Positions 62,189 through 64,000 of a DNA stretch of 64,000 bases are shown here, piece after piece (the stretch's first letter is position 1; each line of letters begins with the position of its first letter). Origin of the DNA: Podarcis melisellensis (lineage: Eukaryota). The position numbers and the translations under genes are program-made. A model generated the notes under the pieces. That model had not been told where the DNA came from. It did no database searches and saw only the letters and a list, made by a program, of their open reading frames with translations. The stretch lies in assembly GCA_964234715.1 (NCBI GenBank), contig OZ174284.1; one strand, 5' to 3'.

Positions 62189-62613
62189 TGTCGGTACGCC
62201 TTTCAACCGATGTCAGCGACTGGGCTCAATAACTGGTTCTGCCCCAACTGGGCTAGGTGACTGGAGCACTTTCAGAGACCTTCCAATCCTGGAAAACAGG
62301 TCCCAGTGCACTGGACCCACAGCTGTGCATTGTGAGCACCAGACTCATGCGGAGTATAAATAATGCGGAAGCTAGCTGTGAAGCATAACTCCTTTTATTT
62401 CTAATAGCTACTACAAACTAAAGAACTACTGGCTTGCATGAGTGTTACATCTCCCACACAGCCATCTAGTCACTACATAGATAAGACTCTCTCCACACAC
62501 AGAGTCAGGCAGTCAGGCAGGAGCAAAAGAGTAGAAGAGCAGTTTCCGCCCCCTCCTTTCTCAAAACATCAGATCAGGAGATTCTGTCAATGGGAGGGGT
62601 GAAAATATCAACA
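62189..62613 (-). mobile_element. Solo LTR (425 bp) of an LTR retrotransposon
   Basis: TG...CA termini with imperfect IR TGTCGGTA / TATCAACA, perfect 5-bp TSD ATTGC, internal AATAAA on the minus strand at about 62395-62400. Confidence 0.75.
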
Positions 62614-63341
62614 ATTGCTAGCATCTGCCATTCACTCCCGAGACATCCAGAAGGCAGCACAATCCCATATTATATTTCCATACATGTTGAATATTCACTG
62701 CCCAACAGAACAAATCCCAAATGGGCAAGACCATGCATTGTTCTGATCATCATGATGGAGCCAAGAGTTGAAATCTCTTGCCATCTAATAGTCCCGATCA
62801 CTGTGAGGTAGTACAGCTCTATTTAGAGAAGGAGCGACTGGTTACATATTGCATAAGCAACCCCTGATGCAGAGCAATAGCCTTGGAAATTAATGCTCAG
62901 AGTGGGTGGTGTGTCATGACAACAGCTGCATGGATCACTAGGTCTCACCTTTGGTGTATTAGCATATCCACAGATCTCAGGGACAAAGTGCCTTTTGCAC
63001 ACACCGCAATGCATGTTTCTGTATTTGTTTAAATGGAAAAGCAGCTTTGGTAAGGTGCCTTTCTTGAATAAAGGAAGAGAAGGGAAACAGTAGAGTGTAA
63101 CCCTTTCCCAACCAGTCATTGATCAAACCATTCTAAGTTGCCCAAGTGTTTTTGCCAGAATAATCACACTTTGGGGGCTCTGCACTTGGTGCAAGATCCA
63201 AAATTTTGAATTGCTTCTCTCTGGCAAAATGAAAGGGGAAAGTCCTCAGTGTGAGGTAAGCAAAATACTTTTTTCTCAGCACTGTTATGATCACCTTGAA
63301 AACACCACAGATCCACTTTTTCTTCATAAAAGGAATAATAA

Positions 63342-63379
63342 AAAGATAAAGGTACCCCTGACCGTTAGGTCCAGTCGTG
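63342..63379 (-). mobile_element. Sauria SINE 3' tip
   Basis: aaaggtacccctgaccgttaggtccagtcg. Confidence 0.75.
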
Positions 63380-64000
63380 TTGCCCAATCACTCCTATCAA
63401 TCTTTGTTGTCAATCCAATTCCTTAGTCACTGCCATTCTGAGAGCAAGATCTACCTGTCAGGTTTTCAAAAACTTGAGTTTTTGCTTTGATTGTCAAAGT
63501 GATGCTAGCTTGATCTCCTTAAGGTGTCTAAATGCCCCTTTCAAAAACTGGTGCAGCTCCAGATAAAAAGCTAATTCCGCTGCTTTGTGAACTGACTTCC
63601 CAGTGAAACTGGAAAGCTTTGATACACGACCAGTCCAAACTAATATAATATTTAACCAGCTTTGTCCAAACAGCACTAGTCTCGTTGTCGAACACAGAGA
63701 TCTCAATTATGACTACAGGTGCTTTCAAATGAGTGCCAATTATGGTGCTTTTCACACATGAACGTTTTTTTTGTTTTTGTTTTTTGCAGAGTCCACACAA
63801 TGTCATTGACATCCAAATGCCAGCAACTATTTTCCTCCATTTAATTCGGATTAACTCTTTTCAAGAAAAATCCATGCAATGGGAGGAGGAAACAGAAGGG
63901 GTGAAAGAGGAATGTGTGGTCATGGAGCTTGTTTGCGAAGCCATAATTTCGGAAACCATAGACAACTGTTTGTATGGAGAGACAAACGGGAACCCTCTTG

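Overview
Vertebrate genomic DNA, almost certainly from a lacertid-type lizard, judged by Sauria SINEs and other squamate-type SINEs, MITEs and L2/CR1 debris. It holds two protein-coding genes in tandem on the minus strand. NAP1L1 is complete: a non-coding exon 1 at about 44994-45062 with a TATA-like box and TCT/5'TOP start, and 14 coding exons from 35931 to 20843. All junctions read GT-AG and in phase, giving 393 aa ending in the CKQQ prenylation motif. PHLDA1 has its CDS at 14000-13488 (170 aa) in one exon, followed by a probable 3'-UTR intron. Each gene has a CpG-island promoter. The rest is intron or intergenic DNA rich in retro- and DNA-transposon remnants. Most notable unexplained structures: a 217-bp near-perfect palindrome at 50192-50408 carrying back-to-back minimal hammerhead-ribozyme cores (Penelope-like), inserted at a target site that also took a Sauria SINE; a poly(A) signal in the last NAP1L1 coding intron that would remove the CAAX motif; a candidate in-frame alternative first exon and micro-exon for NAP1L1; and a PHLDA1 lacking the mammalian low-complexity repeats. 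Repeat family names and comparisons to human genes are from recall, not from a database search. No prokaryotic-type system such as CRISPR was seen.
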